NCBI RefSeq assembly: GCF_018350175.1
Contig: NC_058368.1
Coordinates: 69,380,001-69,444,000 of the forward strand
DNA: 64,000 nucleotides
Origin: Felis catus
Taxonomy: Eukaryota
Reading direction: 5' to 3'
Under the pieces are notes generated by a model, which did no database searches, was not told where the DNA came from, and worked only from the letters and a program-made list of their open reading frames with translations. How positions within the stretch are numbered: position 1 is the stretch's first letter; every line of letters begins with the position of its first letter. This document shows, one piece after another, positions 37,010 to 50,274 of this stretch. Both the position numbers and the translations under genes were made by a program.

Positions 37010-38410
37010 CGTTTATTATTGAGGTATAATTAACAATGTTATATCAGTGTCAATCATACAACATATTGATTGGACAAGTCTATACATTACTCAGTCCTCA
37101 CCATGATAAGTCTAGTCACCATACAATGTTATTACAATATTGACTACATTCCTAGGCTGTACTTTTCATCTTGGTGACTTATCACTTTATGGCTGGAGGT
37201 TTGTACCTCTTAATCCCCTTTATCTATTTTGCCTATCCTCCCACCCACCTCCCCTCTGGCGACCACCCATTTGTTCTCTGTACTTAAGGTCCATTTTTTG
37301 TTTGTCTGTTATTTTTTATTCTCCACATGTAAGTGAAATCGTATGGTATTTGTCTTTCTCTGCCTGACTTATTTCACTTAGCATGATACCCTTTAGGTCT
37401 GTCTATATTGTTGCAAATGGCAAGATCTCGTTCTTTTTTATGGTTGGGTAATATCTTTACATATCACATCTTTACATTATATATATATCTCACACATCTT
37501 TATCCATTCATCTGTCGATGGACACTTGGGCTGCTTGGGCTGACTATTGTGAATAATGCTGCTATAAACATAGGAGTACATATATCTTTATGATTTAGTG
37601 TTTTCATTTTCTTTGGGTAAATAGCCAGTAGTGAAATTACTGGATCATATGCTAATTCTATTGTTAAATTCTTAAGAAATCTCCGTACTGTTTTCCCCAG
37701 TGGCTGCACCAGTTTGCATTTCCACCAACAGCACACAAGGGTTCCTTTTTCTCCACGTCCTCGCCAACACTTGTTTCTTGTGTTTTTGATTTCAGCCATT
37801 CTGAAAGGTGTGAGGTGATATCTCATTGTGGCTTTGATTTGCCTTATCCCCGATGATGAGTGATATTGAGCATCTTTTCACGTGTCTGTTGGCCATCTGT
37901 CTGTCTTGTTTAGAGAAATGTCTGTTTGTGTCTTCTGCCCATTTCAATTGGATTATTTGAGAGTTTGTTTGTTTGTTTGTTTGTTTTTTGGTGTGTGTTG
38001 AGTTGTGTAAGTTCTTTAGATATTTTGGACATTAATACCTTATCAAATATATCATTTGCAAATACCTTTTCCCATTCAGTAGGTTGCCTTTTTGTTTTAT
38101 CGATCATTTCCATTGCTGTGCAAAAGGTTTTCATTTTGGTGTAGTCCCAATAGTTTAATTTTGCTTTTGTTTGCCTTGCCCAAGGAGACATATTCGTAAA
38201 TATGCTGCAAAGGGTGATGTTCAAAAGATTATTACCTCTGTTTCCTTTCAGGAGTCTATCATTTCAGGTCTCACATTTAGGTCTTTAATCCTTAGTGACT
38301 TTATTTTTGTGTTTGATGTAAGAAAGTGATCTAGTTTCATTCTTTTGCATGCAGTTGTTCAATTTTCCCAGCACCATGTATTGAAAAGCCTGTCTTTTCC
38401 CCCTGGAATG
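37010..38410 (-). mobile_element. L1 (L1MA9/L1_Carn-like) 3' 1.4 kb
   Basis: ORF 37500-37826 [14 protein letters not shown]...[20 protein letters not shown] is the L1 ORF2 C-terminus. Confidence 0.95.
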
Positions 38411-38485
38411 TTCAAGAATGGAGAGAGTGAACTGACACCAAGACAAGTTTGCAAAAACGGACCTTACTGAAAATAATACTTCCCC

Positions 38486-38612
38486 GGGCACCTGGGTGCC
38501 TTAGTCAGTTAAGCGTCTGACTTTGGGTCAGGTCATGATCTCATGGTCCATGGGTTTTAGCTCTGCGTTGGGCTCTGTGCTCACAGCTTGGAGCCTGGAG
38601 GCTGCTTCTGAT

Positions 38613-38668
<56 letters not shown>

Positions 38669-38755
38669 CCTCTCCTGCTCGCACTTTGTCTCTCTTCTCT
38701 TTCTCAAATATACATAAACATTAAAAATAATTAAAAATAACAATAAGAAAATAAA
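38486..38755 (+). mobile_element. SINEC_Fc
   Basis: TSD aatacttcc; long (CT)n. Confidence 0.93.
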
Positions 38756-39044
38756 AACAATACTTCCTTCCATCAATTATTTCAAATGTCTCCTACCCAC
38801 TTCCCCATGATTTATCCTTCCTCAAAGCCCAAATCTTCTTTCTTTTGTTAAGATGGTATATTAGCCCACTAGTCTGCTTTTTTGAGTTTTGATTCTTCAC
38901 TGTAAACTCTCATGTATATAAATGTTATTAAAAAACTGCATCCCTTTTCTCCTGTTAATCTGTCTGCTGTTAGTTTAGTTTGTAGGCCCCCAGTGTTTAA
39001 ACATAAGGCAGTAAAGGAAAAGTTTTCCTCCCCTACGCTTCAAC

Positions 39045-39385
39045 TCTCAGTTCTCCGGCTTCCTATGTGACTCTAGACTGCTTTTCTTTTTTTAATCTTC
39101 TATATGCCTCATTTTCTTTATCTACAAAATGATGATAATAATAGCCCTCTCATGAGGTTGTGAAATTTGAATGAGTTAATACTTTTAAGCCCTTAGATCA
39201 AAGTCTGGTATTTAGTAATTACTTGGCAGATATTAACTGTTATTTTATGTGATCTTCAAAAGGTATAATAACTGCAATTTTATGATTGTGGAAATTGAAG
39301 TTTGGAGAGTTTATATTACTTGCCCCAGGCTGGATGAAACATAGTGGAAACTGAAAACCAGATCTTCTGACTCCAGGTTTTATGC
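39045..39385. mobile_element. two MIR relics in opposite orientation
   Basis: gcctcattttctttatctacaaaatgatgataataa (+); ttttatgattgtggaaattgaag (-). Confidence 0.65.
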
Positions 39386-39666
39386 TGTCTGGCTTTTAAG
39401 TATTTATCATTTAACATCATAGAGTTGTTTATAACTTTGATTCTTGCCAAGAGGATTCAGGGTGAAGATGTAATATTGATTGGCCAGAGGACTCTAGAAA
39501 TGTAAGAAAAAATGGAAAGGTACAAAACAGAAGAGAGAACTTATTTCAAAAACAGCTATTAATACTGAGTAGGAGAATCTTTAGATAACCATGAGTAAAT
39601 GACATATGTAAGGGCAAGTAGGGGTATGAAATTGAATTAGATAAGTGAAATTATAAGAAAAATAAT

Positions 39667-39875
39667 GGGGCACCTGGGTGGCTCAGTCAGTTACGTGTCT
39701 GACTTCGGCTCAGGTCATGATCTCAGGGTTTGTGAGTTCAAGCCCCGCTTTGGGCTCTGTGCTGACAGCTCGGAGCCTGGAGCCTGCTTCCGATTCTGTG
39801 ACTCCCTCTCTCTCTCTGCCCCTCTCCCGCTGACACTCTGTCTCTCTCTCAAAAATAAATGAGCATTTAAAAAAT
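39667..39875 (+). mobile_element. SINEC_Fc
   Basis: Full length. Confidence 0.95.
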
Positions 39876-40231
39876 TGTTTTCAAGAAAAACAAAAGATAA
39901 GGTTTATTTTTGCCAAATCCACTATAAATGAGGGTAATGGCAAAGAGCAGACGAGGGGAAATGAATGAATACCTTTTCACAGCGACTGCTTCCCAGATAT
40001 CACCCACTCGACTCAGAAACTCTGCCTAGACCGTTACAGTCTTACTGTCAAGATACAGCTCACTCAACATGCAATGGATTTTAGCTCAACACGGGGATGA
40101 AATTGAACAGAGAGCCAACAAATGTTATCGGTCACGTGGAAACAAAATTATAAGCCCCATATTCTTTCATTCACACTTGGCAAGAGATTATAACTGAAGC
40201 CAGAAACTACAAGCCCTAGTTGGCAATTTAA

Positions 40232-40271
40232 CTTTAAATTTGTTTTTGATGTTTATTTTATTTTTGGGAGA

Positions 40272-40307
<36 letters not shown>

Positions 40308-40323
40308 CAGAGAATGAGTGGGG

Positions 40324-40368
<45 letters not shown>

Positions 40369-40720
40369 CACAAAGCAGGCTCCAGGCTCTGAGCTGTCAG
40401 CACAGAGCCCCACGAAGAGCTCGAATTCAGGAACCACCAGATCATGACCTGAGCTGAAGTCGGACGCTTAGCCAACAGAGCAACCCAGGTGCCCCCGCAA
40501 TTTAATTTTTTAAAAATTTTAAGAATGGGGCATCTGGGTGGCTTCATCAGTTAAGCCTCTGACTCTTAATTTTGCCTCAGGCCATGCTTTCACAGGTTGG
40601 TGAGTTCAAGCCCCACATCGGGCTCTGTGCTGACAATGTGGAGGCTGCTTGGGATTCTCTCTCTGTCCCTCTCTCTGCTCCTCACTCATGCTCTCTCAAC
40701 ATAAATAAGACTTTTTAAAA
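40232..40720. mobile_element. head-to-head Can-SINE pair (40232-40496 -, 40527-40720 +)
   Basis: Two SINE bodies ~30 bp apart. Confidence 0.93.
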
Positions 40721-41276
40721 ACTTATAAAAATGGGGCAGCTGATACAGGTTCTTTGAGATGACAAGCTTTCAGCCAGCCATTCGCCTCTTTAAATAGACA
40801 AGGAAAAGTTACCAAATATTTACAAGCCTGTTACCATAAAACCTAAGTTAAATCTGTATTTATTATGTATCTTGTTACCTTAACATTGTACTTCTAAATT
40901 CTTTGCTAAGAATCACAAAGGTTGTTATTAAAAAGTTATACATTAAAAGTTTACTTTTTGTAGATCTAAGGGATAATCACTTATAATCTAGAATTTAAAC
41001 ATTCATTATATGAAACTTGGTTTGCTAGAATTTTTGGTTGAGAAACCTGTTTCTTCTCTTCAAGTTTATAGTTGATACCAAGTTCACGATTGGAGCAGGC
41101 CCTCATTTTACCTACCACATTTATAATAATGTCCTAAGTCCTCACTAATCTATCTCTATTAGACTAAAGATCTGTGCAAACTCTCTTAAACCGAGGAACA
41201 GAAAGCATTTAGTACTTGTAAAATTCTGGGGTTTTTTTACAAATACAAATAAAAAGCTAAGTAAAACTCTTGACAG

Positions 41277-41510
41277 GGGCGCCTGTGTGGCTCAGTTGGT
41301 TTAGCGTCCAACTTCGGCTCAGGTCATGATCTCACAGCGTGAGTTCGAGCCCCGCGTCGGGCTCTGTGCTGACTGCTCAGAGCCTGGAGCCTGTTTCAGA
41401 TTCTGTGTCTCCCTCTCTCTCTGACCCTCCCCCGTTCATGCTCTGTCTTTCTCTGTCTCAAAAATAAATAAACGTTAAAAAAAAAATTTTTTTTAAATAA
41501 AAAAAAAAGA
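41277..41510 (+). mobile_element. young SINEC_Fc
   Basis: CpG-rich, near consensus. Confidence 0.96.
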
Positions 41511-41565
41511 AAGACTCAAGGACCCTAGTTCAGGAGGGACCACAAGAGCACAGACTGTGGCCCCG

Positions 41566-42020
41566 TGTGGCAGCCATGGGGCACACAGCTGGCATCTCCC
41601 TTCGAGGAAAACTGGCCATCGCCGTCCAACAGCAGGGAACGTAGGTAATCTTCAGGTTCTACTCTGCTTTCTGACCGAAGCCACTCGGTGCTCAGGCCGC
41701 CCCCAGCCCCGAACTGAGCTCGGTGGGGGTCCAGGCACCTGGCCATTTCTGCCCAGTGCAGGACTGGCCTCTTGCACAGGCTTTGAGCTCCTGGTCGGGT
41801 GGGCGAGACTCTGAGGCCCCCAGCCTGGTCTGAGCTGCTGCCTGTTTTCCTACTCCTTCCCCAGGGGTCACATTAGCATGGGGGGAGGGGGCATGAAGGT
41901 TTCCCCAGCCTCATGCTCATTCCTCCCCCTTATCTCTCAGGCATGACTCACCCCACCCCCAATGCCTTGCTGACACTCCTCAACGCCATCTTGGCTTCTG
42001 CTTCCTGAGTCCAAATGAAG
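41566..42020 (+). mobile_element. ERVL LTR (LTR16A/B-like)
   Basis: tgtggcagccatgg...atctcccttc...ggccatttctgcccagtgcaggact...catcttggcttctgcttc. Confidence 0.6.
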
Positions 42021-42445
42021 GACTAAACCAATACTTTTAATACTTAAACCCTCCAATCACTCTATCAAAGGACCAGGTTACAGCAAGACAGAAACCAAAA
42101 TTCTACTTTTTTTTTTAAGAAGGATGGTTAAGTGTTGGTGGCCCCCTTATTATACTTTCATGGTTGATATAAAAACCGTGGGTCTCCTGCCTTTATGTAA
42201 CAGCAGAGGGATGTGAGCCTCACTACCCCGTCTCTTCAGATACTTTCTAGCTTTCAGGTTCTTTGGTTCTGTGAAAAATGGAGCGTTTTCACATAAAAGT
42301 GGAAGCTGATTTCTTCTGAGTTGTTCTAACAAGCAGGAATAAAAGTAGTTCTAGGAGGAGGATTTTATTCCATAGAGAGAAGAACATTTCAACCACCAGA
42401 AGAGTCCAAAAATGGGGTGTCTTGCCACTAGAAGGTGGAGACTCC

Positions 42446-43077
42446 TGTATTGATTTGCTGGGGCCACCATAACCAAGTACCACAGACTGGGTGGATTGAA
42501 CAACATATTTACATCTCACAGTCCTGGAGGCTGAAGTCCAAGATCAAGGGGTCAGCAGGTTTGGTTTCTTCTGAGGCCTCTCTCCTTGGCTTGTAGATGG
42601 CCGCGTTCCTGCTGTGTCCTCACATGGTCTCTCCTCTGTGCCCGTGCATGTCGCACATGTCTGTGTTCCAAAATTTCCTCTGCCTGAGGCACCTGGGTGG
42701 CCGAGTCGGTTGAGCGTCTGACTTTGGCTCAGGTCATGATCTCACAGTTCGTGGGTTTATGTCCCACATTGGGCTCTGTACTGACAGCTCAGAGCCTGGA
42801 GCCTGCTTCGGATTCCGTGTGTTCCTCTCTCTCTCTGCCCCTTCCCTGCTTGTGCTCTCTGTCGGTCTTTCAAAACTAAATGTTAAAAAAATTTTTCTTT
42901 ACATTTTCTATCAGGACACCAGTCCTGTCCTATTGGATTAGAGCCTACCCACTTAATGACCTCATTTGAACTTAATTACCTCTTTAAAGATGCTTTCTCC
43001 AAATACAGTTACATTCTGAGGTACTGGGGGTTAGGGATCCATCATATAAATGTTGGGGGTCACAATTCAGCCAATAC
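42446..43077 (-). mobile_element. MLT1B-like MaLR LTR interrupted by a SINE (42686-42893 +)
   Basis: ccataaccaagtaccacagactgggtgg...aagtccaagatcaagg...cacaattcagcc. Confidence 0.85.
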
Positions 43078-43093
43078 GGCCTCTCCAAGGACA

Positions 43094-43321
43094 TTTTTTA
43101 AGTTAATTTATATCTTTTTGAGAGAGAGAGAGAGAGATAGAGCATACACGTGCAAAAGCGGGGGTGGGGGGCAGGAAGAGAGGGAGACATAGAATCCAAA
43201 GCAGGCTCCAGGCTCTGAGCCATCAGCACAGAGCCCGACGCAGGGCTCGAACCCACGAACCGTGAGATCATGACCTGAGCCGAAGTGGGATGCTCAACTG
43301 ACTGAGCCACCAAGACACCCC
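43094..43321 (-). mobile_element. SINEC_Fc
   Basis: TSD ccaaggacatttt. Confidence 0.95.
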
Positions 43322-43416
43322 CAAGGACATTTTCAATTACGGTCCTGGTATGACTGTCAGAAAGGTATAGACTGACTGTCAGTACACTGATGTGCCACTA
43401 GTCTGTCCCAGGTGTG

Positions 43417-43860
43417 CGTGTCTTTCGCAGGGTCCCCCGGAAACAGGCCCCTCCTTAGACAAGGATTCACGTGCAAGTAGTTTGGGAGGGGGAAATGTTG
43501 GGCGGGGGCAAGGAGTGCCAAAATGAAGCAGGAACGAGAAGGAAGCCAATCAGAAGTGATGCTTTAAACCAACTGTCCCGATGGGAATTGCCTGTACCCA
43601 AGCCTGCTGGGTACCGTGCAGAGATGCACCTCGGTTCCCCCTCCCCCGCCCCCCAACAACCCAGAGGTGAGAGAGGGCCGGAGCCTTCGTCCGCTGCTTC
43701 CACCGCTGAGGGCCGCTTTCTGGGGACGTTCCCTCACTGGCACGTCCATCCTGCCCTGCGCAGGCACGGCGAGGTGTTGAAGCCAGAGAGCCTCCTGGTA
43801 AAGAGTTGTTAGGTGCTGACGGTTGAAAGCCGGGCCAGCATTTTTGCAAATGGTTCCCGC
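43417..43860 (-). mobile_element. ERVL LTR (LTR16C-like)
   Basis: 'agacaaggattcacgtgcaagtagtttgggagg...gaaggaagccaat'. Confidence 0.65.
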
Positions 43861-44359
43861 CGAGGAGACACGGGCAAGGCACTGAGGCCTCTCCCCCGGC
43901 GTAAGCTTTATTTTAGCCATGACTGAGGTGATTCACAGCAAAGAGAATGTGCGGAAAGCCAGTCACCACTTGGTCTAGAACGGTCATCGCCTGCCCTAAG
44001 TAGGAGGTAAGAGGCAGAGCACAACAGCGTAAAAAGAACATTTGTTTCTTGGAACAAGCAGGAGCTTTCCTTCAAGAGTGTGAAGGCGAGTCCTGTCAAG
44101 GCTGTCCTACTCACTAACCTATTAAAAAACCATTACCGCATGGAAGAGCCATCAACTGAAGAGTAAAATCACCAGCAATGTCATCTAATCTCACGAAGGA
44201 TGCAGTAAAAAACCCACCAAATCCCGTTCTGCCCAAAGGGGCTTTGATGAACCCCCACGCATGTGGCATTGGGACTGGGGGGAAGTGAAATGAGAGGAAG
44301 GCTTTTGTTTTCACCCCACACTTTCTTTTATTACAATTATTATTACAATTATTGATTCT

Positions 44360-44670
44360 GGTTTATTTACTCCACTTAGCATAATGTCTTCAAGGTTCAT
44401 ACTGAAGCATGTATTAGAGCTTTATTCCTCTTTAAGGGTGAATAAACATTCCCTTGTCTGTATCTGCCACTCTCTGTCCAGCCATCCGTTCATCATGGAG
44501 CACTTGAGTTGCTTCTACCTTTTGGCTATTGTGAATAACACTGCTATTAACTCAGGTGTGCAAACATCTGTTTGGGACCCGGCTTTCGATTCTTCGGGCA
44601 TGTCCTCAGAAGTGGAGTTGCTGGATCATATGGCAATTCTATGTTCTACTTTTGAGGAACCACCCTACTA
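44360..44670 (-). mobile_element. L1MB fragment
   Basis: cacttagcataatgtcttcaaggttcat...ttgctggatcatatggcaattctatg. Confidence 0.85.
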
Positions 44671-45204
44671 TCTTCTCTTACTCCGTATCTTTTTAACCCC
44701 CCCTTCAAATCCTATGTTTAAAGAGTCTTAAAAACTATTAAGCATGCTTAAACACAAAAGGAAGGAGAATGCACAGAAAAGGAATAAAACAACCTAAGTT
44801 TTCTCCTATGACACGTCCTGGAGGTGCCACATGGTTTGGGACTTACGGGGGCATGGCGTATCCCTTGTTTCCGGATGTCAAGCCTCCTCTCTTGGTCTCT
44901 CCCTTCTCTCTCCCTTCTGTGACATATTCTAATGAGCCCTGCTTTGTGTCCATCATTGACACTTCAATTCAGCTATCCAGCTATCCCTGTCTCCCCTTCC
45001 AGTCTCTAAGCTTTCCTTTGATCTGATCTTCTCAGAGTTCTGGCTTCTTCCCCTCCCCCAACAATTTCATCTTTTTGCGGAAGGGCTGGCCTTTTGTACA
45101 TACAGTCTGTCAACCGGAGGATTCCTTTGCTTCCTTGAGATACGCTGGTCCCTTACAGTCTGTCAACGGAAGTTCTAGGTCTTCAGTATCTAAAAAAAAA
45201 ATCT

Positions 45205-45409
45205 TTCTTAATGTTTTTTTTTTTGAGAGAGAGACAGAGCACACAAGCAGGGGAAGGACAGAGAGAGAGGGAAGAGGCAGAATCTGAAGCAGGCTCCGGG
45301 GTCTGAGCTGTCAGCCCAGAGCCTGACGCGGCGCTCGAACTCTCGAGCTGTGAGATCATGACCAGAGCCGAAGTCAGACGCTTAACCGACTGAGCCACCC
45401 AGGCGCCCC
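45205..45409 (-). mobile_element. SINEC_Fc
   Basis: TSD-like ctaggtcttcagtat / ctaggtgttcagtat. Confidence 0.95.
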
Positions 45410-47109
45410 TAGGTGTTCAGTATTTTAGTGCTGCATTCATTTAGTGTCTTGTTGGAGTTGTCTGCTCCATCTGTGGTTACCCAGGATAAATCTGGAAGAG
45501 TCAAATCTAACTAACTCTACATGGTTTTGCCTTATGCGATTTAGCTCTGAAGCCTTAAGTATGTTCACTTAGATATGCTGAATCTCAAATAAATATGAAT
45601 CCATTCTGGTCATGATGGCGGGCCATGACAAAAGATGAAAAGGACTTTCAAAAGCTATAAAATATTTCTCCTGGAGGACAGTAACAATATGATCAGGAGA
45701 CATCTGCTCCAAGTCTCACCGTAAGGTGAATGGGCTCAGAAACGTCCACTGCTCTTGGCTCTAATTCCGCGTTTACTGGGCCACCTTCTGGTTACTCACT
45801 TGGGCTTTCCAAGAACCCAGGTGCCTGGAAGTGAGTACCCAGGCTGGTAAGACTTCTCAGGGGCATGAGAAAAGGGATGCAAGTAAATCACTCGAATTAT
45901 CATCAGAAACTGGAGAACTGGCAGTCTGGGCTCTGTATTATTTGTCTCTTCTAAATGTGGTCAGCACCAAGCTGACCAACTGTGGGATGACAGCATTGTG
46001 CTTTAATGTATATAAGATGGGGTGTCAGCCTCCAGGTCCTGGGTGCCGACAAATCACTAAGATGATGTGCACTCTACATGCAGATTTCTGGGGACAGTCC
46101 CCATCTCTCCCCCAGCTTCTTTCAAACTATGGCAATCATGTCACCTTGTCTCTCCCTTTGTGAGAGGGCCAGGATTCCTGCAACGCACAAGCCAAATACT
46201 AAGTTCATTTAGGTAACGTGCCTGTGATTTCTCAGACTCATTCAGTATAAGCAATATTCAACAAACATCTGTGACACGTTCCGAATTTCTAATGTTATTC
46301 CTCAGGGGGATGCTTGTCCTTTCACTATTCTGATTGTCAAAAATCATTAGATTTTATATAACATCTACAGGTATTCATTCAAAGTAGAAGGAAATGCTGG
46401 CTTGCTGCTCTGCCCTCTGCTTATTTATATAAATATAGGCTGCATAGAGCATGATTCTAATATGAATATTTGTTAAAGTCTTCCCCAAACATCGAATGTC
46501 TTAAAAGGCCCCCTAACTACTGACTAGCCTATTCACATTTTAATTTAAATTGGTTAAGTGAGCTACATTAGAGAAAATAGGTAGTAATAAACATTTGAAT
46601 TCTATTAAAACTGTTACAAAATAAAAATGTTAAGGAAGAAAGCTAGCTTCAATGTATCATCATAATCTAATTATCTTGAAAGAGGGAATCTGACCTAGAG
46701 GAATAATTAAACCATTCTAAAAAGGGCCTCACATCCCTTGTTAAATTGAAAACTAGAGATTTTTTGCTGCGTCTTATTTCAGGGAAAATCGCGCCACGTT
46801 TGTTTCTGTGTAGGGAGAGCGGCCACATTTGGTCTCTCTGATTCTCACTGTCGCTTGTTATCCACTGTCATTTGTAGAGTCTCCAGAGAGAAATGAACTC
46901 TTAACAAGCTGAGGTATTTCCAGTCAGTTGGTTGTTCCTCCAAGCTTCTGGAATATTCGGCAGAATCCAAGAATGTTTTGTTAGAGCCCGGCCTTCAGAT
47001 TATTATGAAGGAATATTTGTCAAGGTAGCAGGCTAGGACTTATTTAACGTGGCACTTTGTTAGCTTGGCTCTAATCTGCAGGGTTTTAGTCCTGTGGATA
47101 TGGGCTTAC

Positions 47110-47720
47110 GGATATATCACTCCCATCTCTGCCTTCATCTTTAGATTTTTTTTTTTTTTTTTTTTTTTAAAGTCTGCAAGGGTGGACATAACAAAATACC
47201 ACAGACTGGGTGGCTTAAACAACAGAAGTTTATTTTCTCACAGTTCCAGAGGCAATACGTCTAAGATCAAGGTGTTATCAGCGTTGGTTTCTGGTAAGAC
47301 CTCTTTTCCGGGTTTGCCGATGGCCACTTTCTTGCTGTGTCCTCGCATGACCTTTTCATCTGCATACACCTAGAGAGAAAGGGGGCCTCTTCCTCTTCTT
47401 TTAAGGACACCAGACTGATTAGATTAGTGCCCCACCCTTCTGACATCATTTAACCTTATTACCTCCTGAAGATCCTATGTCCAAAAGAGTTACACTGGAG
47501 GTTAGGACTTAAAACACATGAATTTGCTGGAGATACAATTCAGTCCATAACAAGTCTGTGTCTTTCTGCTCTTCTTATAAAGTCACCAGTCATATTGGAT
47601 TTGGGCCCAGGCTACTCCAGTACACATGACCCCATCTTAACTTAATTACATCTGCAAAGACCCATTTCCATGGAAGGTCACACTCCTAGAGCCCCGGGGT
47701 TAGGACTGGAGCACAGGTTT
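47110..47720 (-). mobile_element. MLT1B-like LTR (47170-47552) nested in an MLT1C-like LTR
   Basis: Inner ends 'acaattcagtccataaca'; outer resumes 'cttcttataaagtcaccagtcatattggattt'. Confidence 0.7.
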
Positions 47721-48059
47721 TAATCCTATGAATGTCAACAAGTGTTAATGTTATGTTGAATGACTCAGCCATCCTTCGATGCGTGTGCTAAACTGGGATT
47801 CAGGAAGTGGTCTACACTGAGCAGATATACCTGCACAGTGACCTTCAGGGGCTTTAGGGCTTGGTCTGTCTGCTCAGTGAGGACAGAGACCAGGATAGTG
47901 CACACTGTGCAGACTTGTGCTGGATAATTGCTTCTCTAGCTCTGCCTCTTGTCCCGTGATTACATGGTGTAACTGAGAAAGATTGAGCTCGCAGCCTGAC
48001 TCCGGGGCTTGAGTCCGTTTGGCTAACAACTAAATGTATGGCCTTAGGCACCACGTATA

Positions 48060-48488
48060 TCGGTGGTTTTCAAATTGCAGCAGCCAGAATCCCCTGGAGG
48101 ACCTGATATAAAAGACTGCTGGGCCCCACCTCTGATCTAGTAGGCCTGAGGCTGGCTCAGACATTTGCATCATTTTTATTATTATTGTGATTATTATTAT
48201 TTTAAATGTTTATTTATTTTTGAAGGAGAGAGAGACAGGGTGTGAGTGGGGGAGGGGCAGAGAGAAAGGAAGACACAGAATCCGAAGTAGGCTCCGGGCT
48301 CTGAGCTGTCAGCACAGAGCCCGATGTGGGGCTCCAACCCATGAACGGTGAGATTGTGACCTGAGCCGAAGTCCGGATATCCCAACGGACTGAGCCACCC
48401 AGGCACCCCACAGGCATTTGCACCTTAAACAAGTTTGCTGGTGATGCTGATAATGCTGGCCTGGGGATTGCACTTTGAGAACCATCAT
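48060..48488. mobile_element. MER5A hAT relic interrupted by SINEC_Fc (48175-48409 -)
   Basis: cggtggttttcaaa...gactgctgggccccacc...cactttgagaaccat; SINE TSD catttgca. Confidence 0.85.
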
Positions 48489-48618
48489 TATATGCTATTG
48501 CCTACAAATGAGAATCTAGTCAACCAACAAACTTTAAAATCATTTTATCATTGAAAAAAATTTAAATATAGCCAAGCAGAGAAAAGAGCAGAATGGATCC
48601 CTGCGTATCACTGTGTGG

Positions 48619-48790
48619 CGGGGCCAGCTTCATGGGCATAGGAACTGTGACAGGGCCCTGTGCTCAGGAGGACCCCAGGCTCTGTTTAATGCTCTGCTGT
48701 TGCTGTCTGGGAATTCTTCATAATTTCTCAACAAGGGGCCTTGCATTTTCATTTAGCACTGGGCTGTGTAAATCAAGTAGCTGGCCCAGG
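48619..48790. mobile_element. MER45A-like hAT-Tip100 MITE
   Basis: TIR gggccagct...agctggccc; internal 'ttgcattttcatttagcactgggc'. Confidence 0.75.
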
Positions 48791-49519
48791 GCCCTAGATG
48801 CAACTGCCGTGAGAATTTTGCCAAACTTGGCAAAATTTTATTGAAGACCCACACAATGTGCTAACTACTGTTACCAGGTAGTGGGGATCAAAAACAAGGC
48901 AGGATCCTGGCTTTTGAGGGTCTGACGATCTAGTAGAGATAAAGCGGCTAGATTTAGCAAATGGAAACACAGGATACCCAGGCAAAGAAGGCCTTAATTT
49001 AAGTACACCCCAGCTATAAATTTTGGTCTCCGTCTTTTTCTGATGTAAAGTTCGGGGACACGTACTCAATAATGTTCATTTATTTATTTATACATTGTCC
49101 TTGTGCACTACTCTTATTAGCCAATATCTTAAGGTGAGAGTCATTTTAATCTTGAGAGAGGCAGGACATATATTGGTTAAGGGCCAGGAGTCTGCAGTCC
49201 ACTCAGCTGGGTTCAGATCTCTCCTCCCTACACTGCTTATCTGCTTCCTGCCTCCGTAAACTATTGACAACAGTGATGGCTGTTCCGCGGGGCTGCTGCG
49301 GGGTTCCTGCGCCAACGCAGAGCGCCGAACCCAGGGTGTGGCACATGGCGATTACTCAGGAGGTGCCATAGTGTCTCAGGATCTGGTAGGAGAGTTGATA
49401 ATAAATGATGACAGGTATGATAGATCAGTGTAAATAATCATGACTCCCGCCAACTGTCATCATTCAAGGTGTGATCATTCGGGCATCCCTTTCAGTTGTA
49501 TGAATTGTGCACATGATTA

Positions 49520-50000
49520 TCTTTTAAGTGTAGTAAAATATACATGACACAATATGTGCTATTGTACTGTTTTTAAGTGCACAGTTCAGAGTGTTAAGTA
49601 CAGTCACACTGTTGTGTAACCCATCTCTGAGACATTTTTAGCTTCCCAAACTGAAACTCAGTATCCATTAAACAATAACTCCCCCCTTCTTCCTCTCCTT
49701 AGCCTCTGGCAACCACCACCTTACTTTCTGTCTCTATGCGTCTGACTACTTTAAAGATCTTGCGTGAGGAGAATCATACAGAATTTGTCTTTTTGTGGCT
49801 GGCTTATGTCCCTGAGCATAACGTCCTCAAGGTTCATCTATGTTGTAGCAGGTGACCAGATGTCCTTCCTTTTCAAGATTGAATAATACTCCAATGCATG
49901 GATGGACCACATTGGGTGTATCCCACTCATCTGTCAATGGATACTCGGTTGTTTCCACCTACTGACTACTGTGAGAAACGCTGCTGTGAACATGACTTTG
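49520..50000 (-). mobile_element. L1MB 3' end
   Basis: ccaaactgaaactcagtatccattaaacaataactccc. Confidence 0.88.
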
Positions 50001-50274
50001 CACACATTATTTTTAATCGGTTTCTTCTACAATTACCAATAGTCTTAGCCACAATCATTTAATTATTTATAATTAAATAGCTCAGGCTTGTATGACTAGA
50101 AACTACAAGAGAAACACCTAAACCCTGGGACACAGCCATCTGATATATGGGTCTCCTGAAATCCATCCGGTGCCTGCATACAATAAATATTTTGTTGAAC
50201 AAATAGATCTGGAAAGAAGACAGATTCATGTCTATTTTAAGGAGATGGAATTCTTTTGTTTGTTTTTGTGGTTT

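Larger units (their letters stand above)
36810..39037 (+). mobile_element. ERV1 solo LTR (MER34-like) hosting an L1 and a SINE
   Basis: Starts tgaaggagatcagaat...gccactttggtataaggattattttgag; ends ggaaaagttttcctcccctacg; 4-bp TSD cttc. Confidence 0.85.

Noticed and set aside
43417..43900. GC/CpG-rich stretch with CCAAT and GC box, considered as a CpG-island promoter
   Set aside because: Better explained as an LTR16C-like relic; no downstream exon structure seen.
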